A stretch of DNA of 64,000 nt. Origin: Bacteroidaceae bacterium. GTDB lineage: Bacteria; Bacteroidota; Bacteroidia; Bacteroidales; Bacteroidaceae. The notes under the pieces were generated by a model, which saw only the letters and a list, made by a program, of their open reading frames with translations, searched no databases and was not told the DNA's origin. The stretch is from positions 1 through 64,000 of the forward strand of contig JAFWPH010000068.1 in NCBI GenBank assembly GCA_017509605.1, in the 5' to 3' direction. Positions 8,980 through 22,900 of the stretch are shown in pieces. The first letter of the stretch is position 1. Every line of letters begins with the position of its first letter. Both the position numbers and the translations under genes were made by a program.

Positions 8980-9727
8980 AACTGCCGCTGGCCTGATGGG
9001 TAGCGAGAACTAAAACCTCCGCGATCTGCACATGAGCAGGCGCACTCGCCGCATAGAAGACTACATCTGCGATATCATCGCCACAGAGCGGTTTGATGCC
9101 CTTATAGACATTGTCGGCATGCTGTTTGTCGCCATGAAAACGAATGACGCTGAAGTTGGTTTCCACCAGTCCCGGTTTGATGTTCGTGACCCTGACATTG
9201 CTCTCAGCCACATCTATCCTCAGTCCGTCAGTGATGGTCTTCACCGCTGACTTTGTTGCGCAATAGACGTTGCCTCCAGCATATGCGGCATCACCAGCCA
9301 CCGATCCAATGTTGATGACATGTCCCTTGTTACGTTCCACCATACCTGGCACTATAAGCCTTGTCATGGTCAACAGTCCCTTGATATTGGTGTCGATCAT
9401 CGTTTCCCAATCATCCATATCGCCTTGATACTCTTTCTCAAGTCCAAGGGCGAGACCAGCGTTGTTAACCAAGACATCGATGTTGGCCCACTTACCAGTG
9501 AGCGAGGCGACAGCCTTCTCGGCCTCCTGACGGTTGCGTACATCGAACTGTAAGACAAGCACTTCGGCGCCTAATGCTTCTGTTGTGGCTTTCACGACAT
9601 TGAGTTTCTCTCTGTTCCTGCCCGTAATGATGAGGTCGTAGCCTTGTGCAGCGAACTTTCTCGCACATGCCTCACCGATGCCACTGGTAGCACCTGTAAT
9701 CATAACTATTTTCTTTCCCATTTTCAA
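8957..9727 (-). CDS. SDR-family NADP-dependent oxidoreductase (YdfG-like)
   Basis: TGATSGIG Rossmann motif, NNAG, and a catalytic Y-x-x-x-K (YCATK). Confidence 0.85.
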   Translation of the reverse strand: MKMGKKIVMITGATSGIGEACARKFAAQGYDLIITGRNREKLNVVKATTEALGAEVLVLQFDVRNRQEAEKAVASLTGKWANIDVLVNNAGLALGLEKEYQGDMDDWETMIDTNIKGLLTMTRLIVPGMVERNKGHVINIGSVAGDAAYAGGNVYCATKSAVKTITDGLRIDVAESNVRVTNIKPGLVETNFSVIRFHGDKQHADNVYKGIKPLCGDDIADVVFYAASAPAHVQIAEVLVLATHQASGSFIYRTPQ

Positions 9728-9772
9728 TAAAATTACTTGAAAAATCCACTATCTCATTTGTATTTGTGACTA

Positions 9773-9780
9773 CAAAAGTA
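9773..9780 (-). promoter_or_regulatory. Candidate Bacteroidota -7 box (TACTTTTG on the minus strand) for the SDR gene
   Basis: CAAAAGTA on the plus strand equals TAnnTTTG on the minus strand, 45 nt upstream of the ATG at 9727. Confidence 0.3.
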
Positions 9781-9843
9781 TAAAAAATCCATTAAACCCA
9801 AAGTTTTAACATTTCAAGTTTTATTTTTCATTTGAAAAATATA

Positions 9844-9851
9844 TATCTTTG
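9844..9851 (+). promoter_or_regulatory. Candidate -7 box TATCTTTG feeding the structured element and ogt
   Basis: Matches TAnnTTTG. The predicted TSS is about 5-8 nt downstream, at the first base of the 13-bp stem. Confidence 0.35.
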
Positions 9852-9856
9852 CGCAT

Positions 9857-9956
9857 AGCAAGGTCAAAGAAGCATCATCAGTCACCGCATCCCGCGAAGC
9901 GACTACTACTTTAGAAACCGTCCTGGTTTCATCTTAAGCATAACTTTGACCTTGCT
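9857..9956 (+). other. About 100-nt structured element: perfect 13-bp inverted repeat AGCAAGGTCAAAG...CTTTGACCTTGCT enclosing 74 nt with an internal GAAACC/GGTTTC hairpin, followed by TTTTA; candidate sRNA, 5'-UTR element or MITE-like remnant
   Basis: The arms are exact reverse complements (9857-9869 and 9944-9956), with an internal 6-bp inverted repeat at 9914-9930. The element lies between the SDR and ogt genes. Confidence 0.3.
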
Positions 9957-10009
9957 TTTATTATGCCCCTACCCGTCGTAGAAGCCTCACACTCATTACC
10001 ATACCGACA

Positions 10010-10492
10010 ATGAACAAGTCAGAGTCCATCATATCGTGCACATTCGACAGTCCTTGCGGACTGCTGTACCTCGGCGCCACCGACAAAGGGTTGTGCCGTC
10101 TGGGTTGGTCGTCTATATCCGGTAGTACAGAAGGAAAAACTCCCATTCTGGAAACAGTTTGTCTTCAACTCAGTGAATATTTCGAAGGCAGAAGGCAACA
10201 GTTCGACATTCCCATTCATTTTCTTCATGGCACCGACTTCCAGAAGCGGTGTTGGCTGGCATTGGCCAGAATTCCATACGGCACAACTATCAGTTATGGA
10301 CAAGAAGCGCAGTGGATAGGCAATCCGAAAGCGGTAAGGGCGGTAGGCCAAGCCAATCACCACAACCCCATCGCCATCATCCTGCCTTGTCACCGTGTAG
10401 TCGGCTCAAACGGCAGCCTGGTAGGCTATGGAGGAGGACTCGACAAGAAGCGCTATCTGCTGGAGTTAGAGTCGGTTTATGAAATCGACTAA
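10010..10492 (+). CDS. ogt: Methylated-DNA--protein-cysteine methyltransferase
   Basis: Active-site PCHRVV motif plus the C-terminal helix-turn-helix region; 160 aa. Confidence 0.9.
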   Translation: MNKSESIISCTFDSPCGLLYLGATDKGLCRLGWSSISGSTEGKTPILETVCLQLSEYFEGRRQQFDIPIHFLHGTDFQKRCWLALARIPYGTTISYGQEAQWIGNPKAVRAVGQANHHNPIAIILPCHRVVGSNGSLVGYGGGLDKKRYLLELESVYEID

Positions 10493-12205
10493 GGCCTGAT
10501 TGCAAAGGCGGATGCCGCCAGGTGTGGGATAGTCACCCGAGAAATACCAGTCGCCGGGATGGCCAGGGCAAGCCGCATGCAATCCTTCAATACTTTGGAA
10601 GACCAGTTCGATGGGTGTGATCACCCCTTCGGGACGCAGCATCTCCACCATCTTACAGTTCAGTTCTTCCACAGAGAAAGGTCGGTAGAGACTCTTCACA
10701 GGCAACGTCTGTTCCTCTGCCAGTTTCCTCAGTTCCTCTTGGCACTGTTCATAGACCATCTTCAAAAGCGATAGCATACCTTGCTCCTTGATCAGTTCGA
10801 CACACGCTTGGAAGGCGATGAACTCCTCCAATCGGGGCATGTCAATTCCGTAGTAGTCGGGGTAGCGTATCTGAGGTGCACTGGAGACCAATACAATCTT
10901 CTTCGGGTGCAGACGGTCGAGGATCTTGATGATGCTCTCCTTCAGTGTGGTTCCCCTTACAATGCTGTCGTCGATGACCACCAGATTGTCCTTATATGGT
11001 CGCACCACTCCGTAAGTGATATCATAGACATGCGCCGCGAGGTCGTTGCGTTGGTTGCCCTCCGTGATAAACGTGCGCAGTTTGATGTCTTTCCACGCTA
11101 TCTTTTCGAATCGCACCTCATGTCCAAGGCGCATAACCCCGTGCAACATGCCATAGTACGCCACCTCGGCCGTATTGGGGATGAAGGAGAACACCGTGTT
11201 TTCCACATCACCTTCAATGGCTTTGAGGATGGCAGGCGTAAGTTGCTCTCCCAACTGTTGTCGTTCATGGTAGATGTCGCGGTCGTTGCCACGACTGAAG
11301 TATATGCGCTCAAAACTGCACGCATAGTTCCGTTTCGGAGGGATGATGTCCTGAATACGAACCTCACCACGTCGGTTGATGATGAGGGCATTGCCCGCGG
11401 GCAGTTCCTTGATATCGTCTGTGAGCAGGTCGAAGGTGGTTTGCAGCACAGGTCTCTCTGAAGCGAGGGCGACCATCTCGTCGTCCTGGTAATAGAAAGC
11501 GGGGCGGATGCCCCAAGGATCGCGCATGGAGAAGAACTCCCCGCTTCCCGTCAGTCCACAGACCACATAACCGCCATCGAATCGGGGCATGGTAGTGCGC
11601 AACACATTCGCCATATCGACGTGGTTATCGATGTAATCGGTGATGTCGGTTCCCTGATGTCCCTGTTCCTTCGCCTCTGTAAACAGGCGCTCCACCTCAC
11701 GGTCCAGCCGATGTCCCATCAGTTCGAGCATGATGTAGGAGTCGCTGTAGATACGTGGATATTGTCCCTGGCTGGTGAGTGCCTGGAACACCTCGTCAAT
11801 ATTCGTCATGTTGAAATTGCCGCAGAGACACAAGTTCTTCGCTCTCCAGTTGTTGCGGCGCAGGAAAGGGTGCACGAAAGTCAGTCCGCTCTTGCCTGTG
11901 GTGGAGTAGCGGAGATGCCCCATGAGAAGATTACCACTGAATGAAGCGTCGATACGTGCGAAAATCTCCGTGATGGCGTCCTTCCCCATAGCCTTCTCTC
12001 GAAACATATATTCCTGTCCTTGCACCGCGTCGAGGTGAACAGAAGCTATGCCTGCACCCTCTTGTCCACGGTTGTGTTGTTTCTCCATCATCAGATAGAG
12101 TTTGTTCAGTCCGTAGAGACGGGTACCATATTTCTGCTCGTAGTAATCGAGTGGTTTGAGCAGGCGAATCATCGCCACACCACATTCATGTTTGAGTAGT
12201 TCCAT
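10466..12205 (-). CDS. purF: Amidophosphoribosyltransferase-like class-II glutamine amidotransferase with PRTase domain
   Basis: N-terminal Ntn Cys (M-E-L-L-K-H-E-C-G-V with a propeptide-like start), and a PRPP-binding motif LVVIDDSIVRGTT. Its 579 aa is somewhat short for Bacteroidota PurF, so the exact paralog is uncertain. Confidence 0.7.
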   Translation of the reverse strand: MELLKHECGVAMIRLLKPLDYYEQKYGTRLYGLNKLYLMMEKQHNRGQEGAGIASVHLDAVQGQEYMFREKAMGKDAITEIFARIDASFSGNLLMGHLRYSTTGKSGLTFVHPFLRRNNWRAKNLCLCGNFNMTNIDEVFQALTSQGQYPRIYSDSYIMLELMGHRLDREVERLFTEAKEQGHQGTDITDYIDNHVDMANVLRTTMPRFDGGYVVCGLTGSGEFFSMRDPWGIRPAFYYQDDEMVALASERPVLQTTFDLLTDDIKELPAGNALIINRRGEVRIQDIIPPKRNYACSFERIYFSRGNDRDIYHERQQLGEQLTPAILKAIEGDVENTVFSFIPNTAEVAYYGMLHGVMRLGHEVRFEKIAWKDIKLRTFITEGNQRNDLAAHVYDITYGVVRPYKDNLVVIDDSIVRGTTLKESIIKILDRLHPKKIVLVSSAPQIRYPDYYGIDMPRLEEFIAFQACVELIKEQGMLSLLKMVYEQCQEELRKLAEEQTLPVKSLYRPFSVEELNCKMVEMLRPEGVITPIELVFQSIEGLHAACPGHPGDWYFSGDYPTPGGIRLCNQALVDFINRL

Positions 12206-12397
12206 TTCCTCCTAAGGGATGTCCTTTTTTATCACGAATTTTCGAATTAAATCGCAAGCGATTATTACAAGTTAACTAAATAGTTTTGGGGTCAATAGTC
12301 AATGCTCAAAAATGCGATTTAGCGAGAGCGATCAAGTTTACTTGAATTGCCGATCGTGAGCATTTTAGGCGAAGCCAACGGCCAATGAGCTATATGA

Positions 12398-14095
12398 CTA
12401 ATAGGCCTGTTCATGGACTCCAGCGACAGCTCGTCCACTGGGGTCGTTGAGGAGTTTGAAAGCCTCGTCCCATTCCCGCGCGATGGCCGTGGAACAAGCT
12501 ACGCTCGCCTCCTGTGGCACAGAGCGTGCGGCAGAGTCACTGGGGAAATGCTCAGCGAAGATGCTGCGGTAGTAGTACTCCTCCTTGTTGAGTGGTGGGT
12601 TGATGGGGAAGCGTTCAGCGGCATGTGCCATGTCGTCATCAGAGACAGCTTCAGCGGTGATTCGTTTGAGGGTGTCGATCCACGAATAGCCCACCCCGTC
12701 GCTGAACTGCTCTTTCTGCCTCCATACAATCTCCTGCGGCAGCATATCACTGAAAGCCTCTCTCACGATTTTCTTCTCGATGGTCTGTCCCGGACACATC
12801 TTAGCCTTCGGATTGGTGCGCATCGCCACATCGAGGAACTCCCTGTCGAGGAAAGGCACTCGTCCTTCCACGCCCCATGCCGACAGGCTCTTGTTGGCAC
12901 GCAGACAGTCGTACATGTGGAGTTTGGAGAGTTTTCGCACCGTCTCCTCATGGAAATCCTTAGCCGACGGCGCCTTGTGGAAGTACAGATAGCCTCCGAA
13001 AATCTCGTCAGCGCCCTCACCCGAGAGCACCATCTTGATGCCCATGGACTTGATGACACGAGCCAAGAGGTACATGGGTGTTGACGCGCGTACGGTGGTC
13101 ACATCGTAGGTTTCGATAAAGTAGATGACATCCCTGATGGCATCCAGCCCCTCCTGTATGGTGTAGTTGATCTCGTGGTGCACCGTTCCGATATGGTCGG
13201 CCACCAATCGAGCCTTCGCCAGGTCGGGCGCTCCTTTCAGTCCCACAGCGAAAGAGTGGAGTCTTGGCCACCATGCCCTTGTCTTGTCATCGTCCTCGAT
13301 GCGGTTTTCGGAGAATCGCTCGGCGATGGCAGAGATCACGCTTGAATCGAGTCCGCCGGAAAGTAATACGCCATATGGCACGTCGGACATCAGTTGACGT
13401 TTCACGGCTGCCCGCAAGGCCTGGCGGATGTCCTCGCTGTTGGCCTCATTGTCCTTCACATGCTCATACTCCATCCAGTCGCAGGTGTAGTAGCGTTTCA
13501 TGCCTGGTTCACGACTCCAGTAATAATGGCCTGGCAAAAACGGCTCATAATGGTCGCACTGCCCCTCAAGGGCTTTCAGCTCAGAAGCCACCATCACCTT
13601 GCCATCCGTGTCGTAACCAATATATAGCGGTATGACTCCGATTGGGTCGCGGGCGATGAGAAACTCATCGTTCTCCTCATCATAGAGAGCGAAGGCGAAG
13701 ATGCCCGATAATTGGTTGAGGAAAGGAGGCGCGGCAGTCAGATTGCTGTCGGCAAGCGTGTCCCGCCATTCCTGGTAAAGGGAGAGTATCACCTCGCAGT
13801 CGCTACCAGTCTGGTATTCATATTTTCCCGCGAAACGGTTACGGATGTCCTTATGGTTGTATATCTCGCCATTCACCGCGAGGATTCGCCTGCCATCGGG
13901 TGAGAACAGGGGTTGCTTTCCACTCTCAGGGTCCACGATGCTCAGTCGTTCATGAGCCAGAATGGCAGTTTTTCCGCAGTAGATGCCACTCCAGTCGGGT
14001 CCGCGGTGACGTATTTTCTGGCTCATCGCCAATGCCTTCTTTCTCAACGCAGGAGTTTGCTCCTTCACGTTGAATATTCCTACTATTCCACACAT
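12398..14095 (-). CDS. asnB: Asparagine synthase (glutamine-hydrolysing)
   Basis: MCGIVGIF N-terminal nucleophile, and the SGGLDSS PP-loop of the synthetase domain; 565 aa. Confidence 0.9.
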   Translation of the reverse strand: MCGIVGIFNVKEQTPALRKKALAMSQKIRHRGPDWSGIYCGKTAILAHERLSIVDPESGKQPLFSPDGRRILAVNGEIYNHKDIRNRFAGKYEYQTGSDCEVILSLYQEWRDTLADSNLTAAPPFLNQLSGIFAFALYDEENDEFLIARDPIGVIPLYIGYDTDGKVMVASELKALEGQCDHYEPFLPGHYYWSREPGMKRYYTCDWMEYEHVKDNEANSEDIRQALRAAVKRQLMSDVPYGVLLSGGLDSSVISAIAERFSENRIEDDDKTRAWWPRLHSFAVGLKGAPDLAKARLVADHIGTVHHEINYTIQEGLDAIRDVIYFIETYDVTTVRASTPMYLLARVIKSMGIKMVLSGEGADEIFGGYLYFHKAPSAKDFHEETVRKLSKLHMYDCLRANKSLSAWGVEGRVPFLDREFLDVAMRTNPKAKMCPGQTIEKKIVREAFSDMLPQEIVWRQKEQFSDGVGYSWIDTLKRITAEAVSDDDMAHAAERFPINPPLNKEEYYYRSIFAEHFPSDSAARSVPQEASVACSTAIAREWDEAFKLLNDPSGRAVAGVHEQAY

Positions 14096-14164
14096 ATTGT
14101 ATTGATTTTAGTTTTTTCTTTTAATCCCAAATTATCGAACTAAAGAGTTTTGTCAGAAGTCAGC

Positions 14165-15858
14165 TTACAGGTACGACAAATACAGGTAATTGGTCTGTGC
14201 AGGGTATTCCGCTGCCAGAGTGTCGATTTGGTTGACAGTTGGCTCCACGCCTATTTCCTTTCGCCACTGCCTGACCATCAAACCCGCCTCCTCCATACTC
14301 ATGCTGCTCTCGAGTCCCAATGCGCGGGCAATCTGGAAATCAGAGAAGCCATACACTTTGGCTTCCCTGAGCAGGTTGGCAAACTCAGGCGCCTCAAGAT
14401 ACTCCATCAGTTCGGTGTACTCCATCCATTGAACCCACTCTGAGAACTGCCGGCACTGCTTGAGCCGCTGATCGATATCGACGATATGCTTCATCTTCTG
14501 AAGGAACCACTGGTCAATCATCGTCAGTTTGTGGATTTGCTCCACGGAATAGCCTATCTTCAGCACCTTGGACACAACGAACACACGCATGTCGGTGGGG
14601 TCATGGAGTGCCTTGCCTATGTCCTTGATCTTGATCTCGTGATTTTCCACAAACCCGTGCATGCCCTGTCCTATCATGCGCAGTCCCTTTTGCAATGCCT
14701 CTTCAAATGTGCGTCCAATGGCCATCACCTCTCCCACCGACTTCATCGATGACCCGAGTTCACGTTTCACGCCGTGGAACTTGGTCAGGTCCCATCTGGG
14801 TATCTTGCACACCACATAGTCGAGGGCTGGCTCAAAGAAAGCGCTGGTGGTCTTAGTGACAGAGTTTTTCAGCTCGAACAATCCATAGCCCATACCCAGT
14901 TTTGCAGCGACAAAAGCCAATGGATAGCCAGTGGCCTTGCTGGCCAGCGCTGAGGAGCGCGACAAACGGGCATTGACCTCGATTACCCTGTAGTCTTCCG
15001 ACTGGGGGTCGAGTGCATACTGTACGTTGCACTCCCCCACTATCCCGATATGACGTATAATCTTGATGGCCAGCGCGCGCAGTTTGTGATACTCGCTGTT
15101 GTTGAGCGTCTGGCTCGGCGCCACCACGATTGACTCGCCGGTATGTATGCCAAGGGGGTCCAGGTTCTCCATGTTACACACAGTGATACAGTTGTCGTAA
15201 CGGTCGCGCACCACCTCGTACTCCACCTCTTTCCATCCTTTCAGCGATTTCTCCACCAGAACCTGGGGTGAGAAAGAGAATGCCTCCTCAGCCTGAGCGC
15301 TCAGTTCCTCCTCGTTGTCGCAGAAGCCGGAACCGAGGCCTCCAAGGGCGTAGGCCGCCCTCAAAATCACGGGAAATCCCAACTCCGCTGCGGCACGGCG
15401 CACTTCCTCTACATTGCCACAAGCCTGGCTCTTGATGGTTTTCACACCAATCTCGTCGAGTCTCCGCACAAAGAGGTCTCGATCTTCAGTGTCGATGATG
15501 GCCTGCACAGGGGTTCCCAACACCCGCACTCCATATTTCTCCAGCACTCCTTTCTGATACAGTTCCACCCCACAATTGAGGGCAGTCTGCCCCCCAAAAG
15601 ACAGGAGGATGCCGTCAGGACGTTCCTTGGCGATGATGCGCTCCACGAAATACGCTTTGACAGGCTGAAAATACACCGTGTCGGCCACCCCTTTCGAAGT
15701 CTGGACGGTGGCGATGTTCGGGTTGACCAACACCGTTTGGACTCCCTCCTCTCGCAGAGCCTTCAAGGCCTGACTACCAGAGTAGTCGAATTCTCCAGCC
15801 TCACCGATTTTGAGTGCTCCACTACCTAAGAGCAAAACTTTCTTGATATTCTCGTCTC

Positions 15859-15862
<4 letters not shown>
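14165..15862 (-). CDS. Carbamoyl-phosphate synthase large-subunit N-terminal half only (carboxyphosphate ATP-grasp domain plus oligomerisation domain); the C-terminal synthetase half is absent
   Basis: 565 aa. Begins [26 protein letters not shown] as CarB does, and ends [20 protein letters not shown], exactly at the end of the oligomerisation domain. Only 69 nt separate it from asnB. Confidence 0.75.
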
Positions 15863-18589
<2,727 letters not shown>

Positions 18590-18607
18590 TTATCATCGTG
18601 TTTATAC

Positions 18608-19966
18608 TCATCTTTCGCTATTCAAGTACTTATCCACCTGCGCAGCCGTTTGCTTGCCGCTTGCCATAGCGCGAACCACAAGCGAAGCACCGTTCTTGCT
18701 GTCGCCACAGACAAACACATTGTCGGGATAATCTGGATGTTGTGGCTTGAGGAAGCCCATGGCGAGCAATACCAGTTCGGCCTTGATGATCTCTGGTTCA
18801 CCTTTAGCTATCATGATAGGCCGACCACCATCGGGATTGGGTTGCCACTCTATCTCCTGCACCTTCACTCCCGTGAGTTGTCCGTCCTTTCCAAGAAATT
18901 CCAGTGTATTGATGTTCCATCTGCGCACACAACCTTCCTCGTGCGACGAGGTGGTCTTGAAGACTCTCGGGAAGTTCGGCCAGGGATTGTTGGGATCCTC
19001 TGGTCCCATAGGTGGCTTGGGCATGATTTCGATTTGTGTGACACTCTTACAGCCCTGTCGATGAGCCGTTCCAATGCAGTCTGATCCAGTGTCTCCACCG
19101 CCAATGACCAGTACATCCTTGCCCTTGGCAGTGACACGCTCGTCTTTTGAGAATTCCATGCCGGCGAGAACACGGTTTTGCTGCGAAAGCAGTTCGAGTG
19201 CAAGATGCACCCCATTGAGTTCACGTCCAGGCACCTTGAGGTCGCGGGCTGTGGGTGTGCCTGTGGCGATGACCACTGCATCATATCCCTCAGTCGCTGC
19301 GAACGCAGGATAGTCGTTGATCTCCGCATTGAACTGGAACAGGATACCTTCCGCTTCAAGCACCTTCATACGCCGGTCGATAAGTGCCTTATTGAGTTTG
19401 AAATTGGGGATGCCATAGCGGAGCAATCCACCCGCCGCCTCATTCTTGTCGTAAACGGTCACACTATAACCCATCAGATTGAGGTCGTGCGCAGCAGCCA
19501 GTCCGGCCGGTCCAGCCCCGACCACCGCAACTCGCTTTCCATTGCGTGCGGGCTGGTGGATGGTAACGTAACCTTCCCTGAAGGCACCCTCAGTGATGGC
19601 CGCCTCATTCTCGCGGTTGGTGGTCGGTTCATGCTCCATGAGGTTGAGCACACAAGCCTTCTCACAGAGCGCCGGGCAGACACGTCCAGTGAACTCTGGG
19701 AAAGGGTTGGTGGAAGAGAGCAACTGATAAGCCAGTTCCCAATCTCCCTTATAGAGGGCGTCGTTCCATTCGGGCGCCTTGTTGCCCAAGGGGCATGCCC
19801 AGTGGCAGAAGGGCACACCGCAATCCATGCAGCGTGATGCCTGATTCCGCCGGTCTTTGGTGTTGAGTGTCTGTTCCACCTCACCGAAATCGAGTATTCT
19901 ATCGTGAATCGGACGATACCCCGCCTCCTGGCGGTGTGTTTCCAAAAAAGCCTTAGGATTTCCCAT
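18608..19966 (-). CDS. gltD: Glutamate synthase (NADPH) small subunit
   Basis: 4Fe-4S cysteine cluster (CMDCGVPFCHWACPLG), and an FAD/NAD Rossmann motif VAVVGAGPAGLAAA; 452 aa. Confidence 0.9.
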   Translation of the reverse strand: MGNPKAFLETHRQEAGYRPIHDRILDFGEVEQTLNTKDRRNQASRCMDCGVPFCHWACPLGNKAPEWNDALYKGDWELAYQLLSSTNPFPEFTGRVCPALCEKACVLNLMEHEPTTNRENEAAITEGAFREGYVTIHQPARNGKRVAVVGAGPAGLAAAHDLNLMGYSVTVYDKNEAAGGLLRYGIPNFKLNKALIDRRMKVLEAEGILFQFNAEINDYPAFAATEGYDAVVIATGTPTARDLKVPGRELNGVHLALELLSQQNRVLAGMEFSKDERVTAKGKDVLVIGGGDTGSDCIGTAHRQGCKSVTQIEIMPKPPMGPEDPNNPWPNFPRVFKTTSSHEEGCVRRWNINTLEFLGKDGQLTGVKVQEIEWQPNPDGGRPIMIAKGEPEIIKAELVLLAMGFLKPQHPDYPDNVFVCGDSKNGASLVVRAMASGKQTAAQVDKYLNSER

Positions 19967-19967
19967 A

Positions 19968-22900
19968 TTAATAATCTCTTTGAACGTCAGCGATTTTCTG
20001 TTGTAATTTCTTTATCTGCTCTTCCTGGAGCACACGTTTGTATTCTATAGGCATCACCTGGATGAAGTCCTCCACATAGCGGTGCCAGTCGTCGAGCATC
20101 TTGCGTGCAAGCATCGAGCCCGTATAGAGGTAGTGTAGTCGGATCAGCTCATGCAGTTCCTTGCGGTACTGTGTCTCTTCCACGAGGTTGATCTCCACCA
20201 TGTCCATGTTGCAGAAGTAATCGAAGTTGTGGTTCTTGTCCCAGACGTAAGCCACTCCGCCCGACATTCCGGCAGCGAAGTTGCGTCCGGTTTCGCCCAA
20301 CACGACCACTCTACCGCCTGTCATGTACTCGCAGCAGTGGTCGCCCGCGCCCTCAATGACCGCAATGGCTCCAGAGTTGCGTACGCCGAAGCGTTCTCCC
20401 ACCCTGCCGTTGACATATAGCTCTCCGCTTGTTGCTCCGTAGAGTCCAGTGTTGCCAGCGATGATATTGTCCTCTGCGGCGAAGTTGGAACGTATAGGCG
20501 GCAGAATAGCGATACGCCCACCGCTCAATCCCTTTGCGAAATAGTCGTTGCACTCGCCTTCGAGTTTGAAGTCGACGCCATGAACGAGGAAAGCGCCGAA
20601 CGACTGTCCTGCCGCCCCTTTGAATTTCACGTTGATGGTGTCAGAGGGCAGCCCAGGCTCCCCATATCGTCCGGCAATGACGCCTGACAGCATTGTGCCC
20701 ACCGCGCGGTCGGTATTCTTGATGGCATAATCGAGATTCACCTCTTTCTGTGAGTCCAAAGCGGGCGAGGCAGCAGCCATCATCTGCTGGTCGAGCAGTC
20801 CGTTGAAGTCCGGAACGGCATCCACGGTATGGCAAAGCACGCCCTCTTCCTTATAGAGCAAGCGACCGAAGTCAAGGACTGATGGTCGGGTCTCGATCAG
20901 TTCGGTGTGTCCGATGATATCTTGCAGGTGCTTGGCCCCAATCTGCGCCAGATACTCACGTACCTCTTGAGCCAGGAAAGTGAAGTAATTAACCAGATGG
21001 TCAGCCTTGCCGAGGAAATGCTCACGTAATTTGGGATTCTGTGTAGCCACTCCCATTGGACAGGTGTTGAGGTTACATTTGCGCATCATCACACATCCGA
21101 GGACAATTAAAGCCGTAGTACCGAAACCAAATTCATCCGCACCGAGCAATGCCATGACGATGACGTCGCGTCCGGTCTTGATCTGTCCGTCCACCTGCAG
21201 TCGAACCTGTGAGCGAAGGCCGTTGCGTACAAGCGTCTGCTGTGTCTCGCTCAGTCCGATCTCGGGCGATACACCCGCGAAGCGCATGCTGCTGGCCGGC
21301 GACGCTCCAGTACCGCCTTCAGAACCCGAGATGACTATGAGGTCGGCTTTCGCTTTCGCCACACCTGCCGCGATGGTTCCCACTCCGCTCTCTGCCACCA
21401 ACTTCACACTGATGGCTGCCGTGGGATTGACATTCTTGAGGTCGAAGATGAGCTGCGCCAGGTCCTCTATGCTATAGATATCGTGATGAGGCGGCGGTGA
21501 TATCAGTGAGATGCCAGGAATGGAGTGTCGTGTCTTGGCGATGATCTCGTTGACCTTAAATCCGGGCAACTGACCGCCTTCTCCCGGCTTGGCACCCTGT
21601 GCCACCTTGATCTGCAGTTCCTCGGCATTCACCAAGTACTCGGTTGTCACGCCAAAACGTCCCGATGCTATCTGTTTGGTCTTGGAGCTTAGACTTACTC
21701 CGTCCATCTGGGAATGGAAGCGTGCTGAATCCTCGCCGCCCTCACCTGTGTTGCTGCGAGCCCCGAGGCGGTTCATAGCCAGACAGATGGTCTCATGCGC
21801 CTCCTTGGATAGCGCTCCGAACGACATGGCACCCGTGACAAAATGCTTGACAATACTCTCCACTGACTCCACTTCATCGATGTCGATAGGGTTCTTCTTG
21901 AAACCCATGAAATCACGGATGAAGATAGGTTCAGCCTTGTCATCGACGAGCTGTGTGAACTCTTTGTACTTCTGGTAATTGCCTGTACGAACAGCGAGTT
22001 GTAAAGTGGCGATGGTCTCTGGATTCCACGCATGGCTGATGCCGTCCCTTCTCCAATGGAACTGCCCATGGTTGGGTAGGAATGGCAGGCTGTTCGCGGC
22101 GTTGGCGCTGGCCTTCGCTTTCTGGTGGAAGGCGATGGCATCCTTCGCTATTTTCTCCAACCCCACTCCACCGATGGTGCTGACCTCCGTTCCGAAATAT
22201 GCGCGCAAGAGACTCTCGCTGAGTCCGATGCTCTCGAATATCTTCGCTCCACGGTAGCTTCGGATGGTAGAGATACCCATCTTGGCCATGATTTTGAAAA
22301 GACCTTTCTTCACTGCATTGATATAGTTCTTCTCGGCGGTGGCATAGTCTTCCTGTATCTTTCCCCTCTTCACCAAGTCGTCGAGGATAGCGAACGTCAT
22401 GTAAGGACACAATGCTGAAGCGCCATACCCCAACAGCAAGGCCGCGTGCATGGTCTCGCGTATCTCGCCCGACTCCACTATCAGAGCGGTCTGCACTCGC
22501 TTACCCACATTGATGAGATAATGGTGGACAGCACTGACTGCCAGCAGGCTGGGGATGGCGGCATGACGGTCATCCACCTCACGGTCACTGAGGATGATGT
22601 AGTTGATACCTTCATCCACACTGCGTTCCGCATCCTTGCAAAGGCTGTCGATGGCCGTCCGCAGCCCTTCCTCTCCCTTCTCTATCTCGAAAAGCATCGG
22701 CAGTTTCACCGTGTTGAAACCTTTATAGCGGATATTGCAGAGGATGTCGAGTTGGGTGTTGTTAAGGATGGGGTGTGGTAGTCTAACCATCTTGCAGTTG
22801 GTTTCGTCGGGATTGAGAATACCCGTACCCACTCGCCCTATATATTCAGTAAGGCTCATCACCAGACTTTCACGGATGGAGTCGATGGCAGGGTTGGTCA

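Noticed and set aside
10781-11461. 226-aa plus-strand ORF inside purF
   Set aside because: It is antisense to the amidotransferase and has no start context or motifs.
14096-14170. carB truncation as a simple frameshift pseudogene with the C-half still present
   Set aside because: Only 69 nt separate the stop from asnB. No reading frame downstream encodes CarB C-half residues, so the half gene is treated as an intact short CDS.
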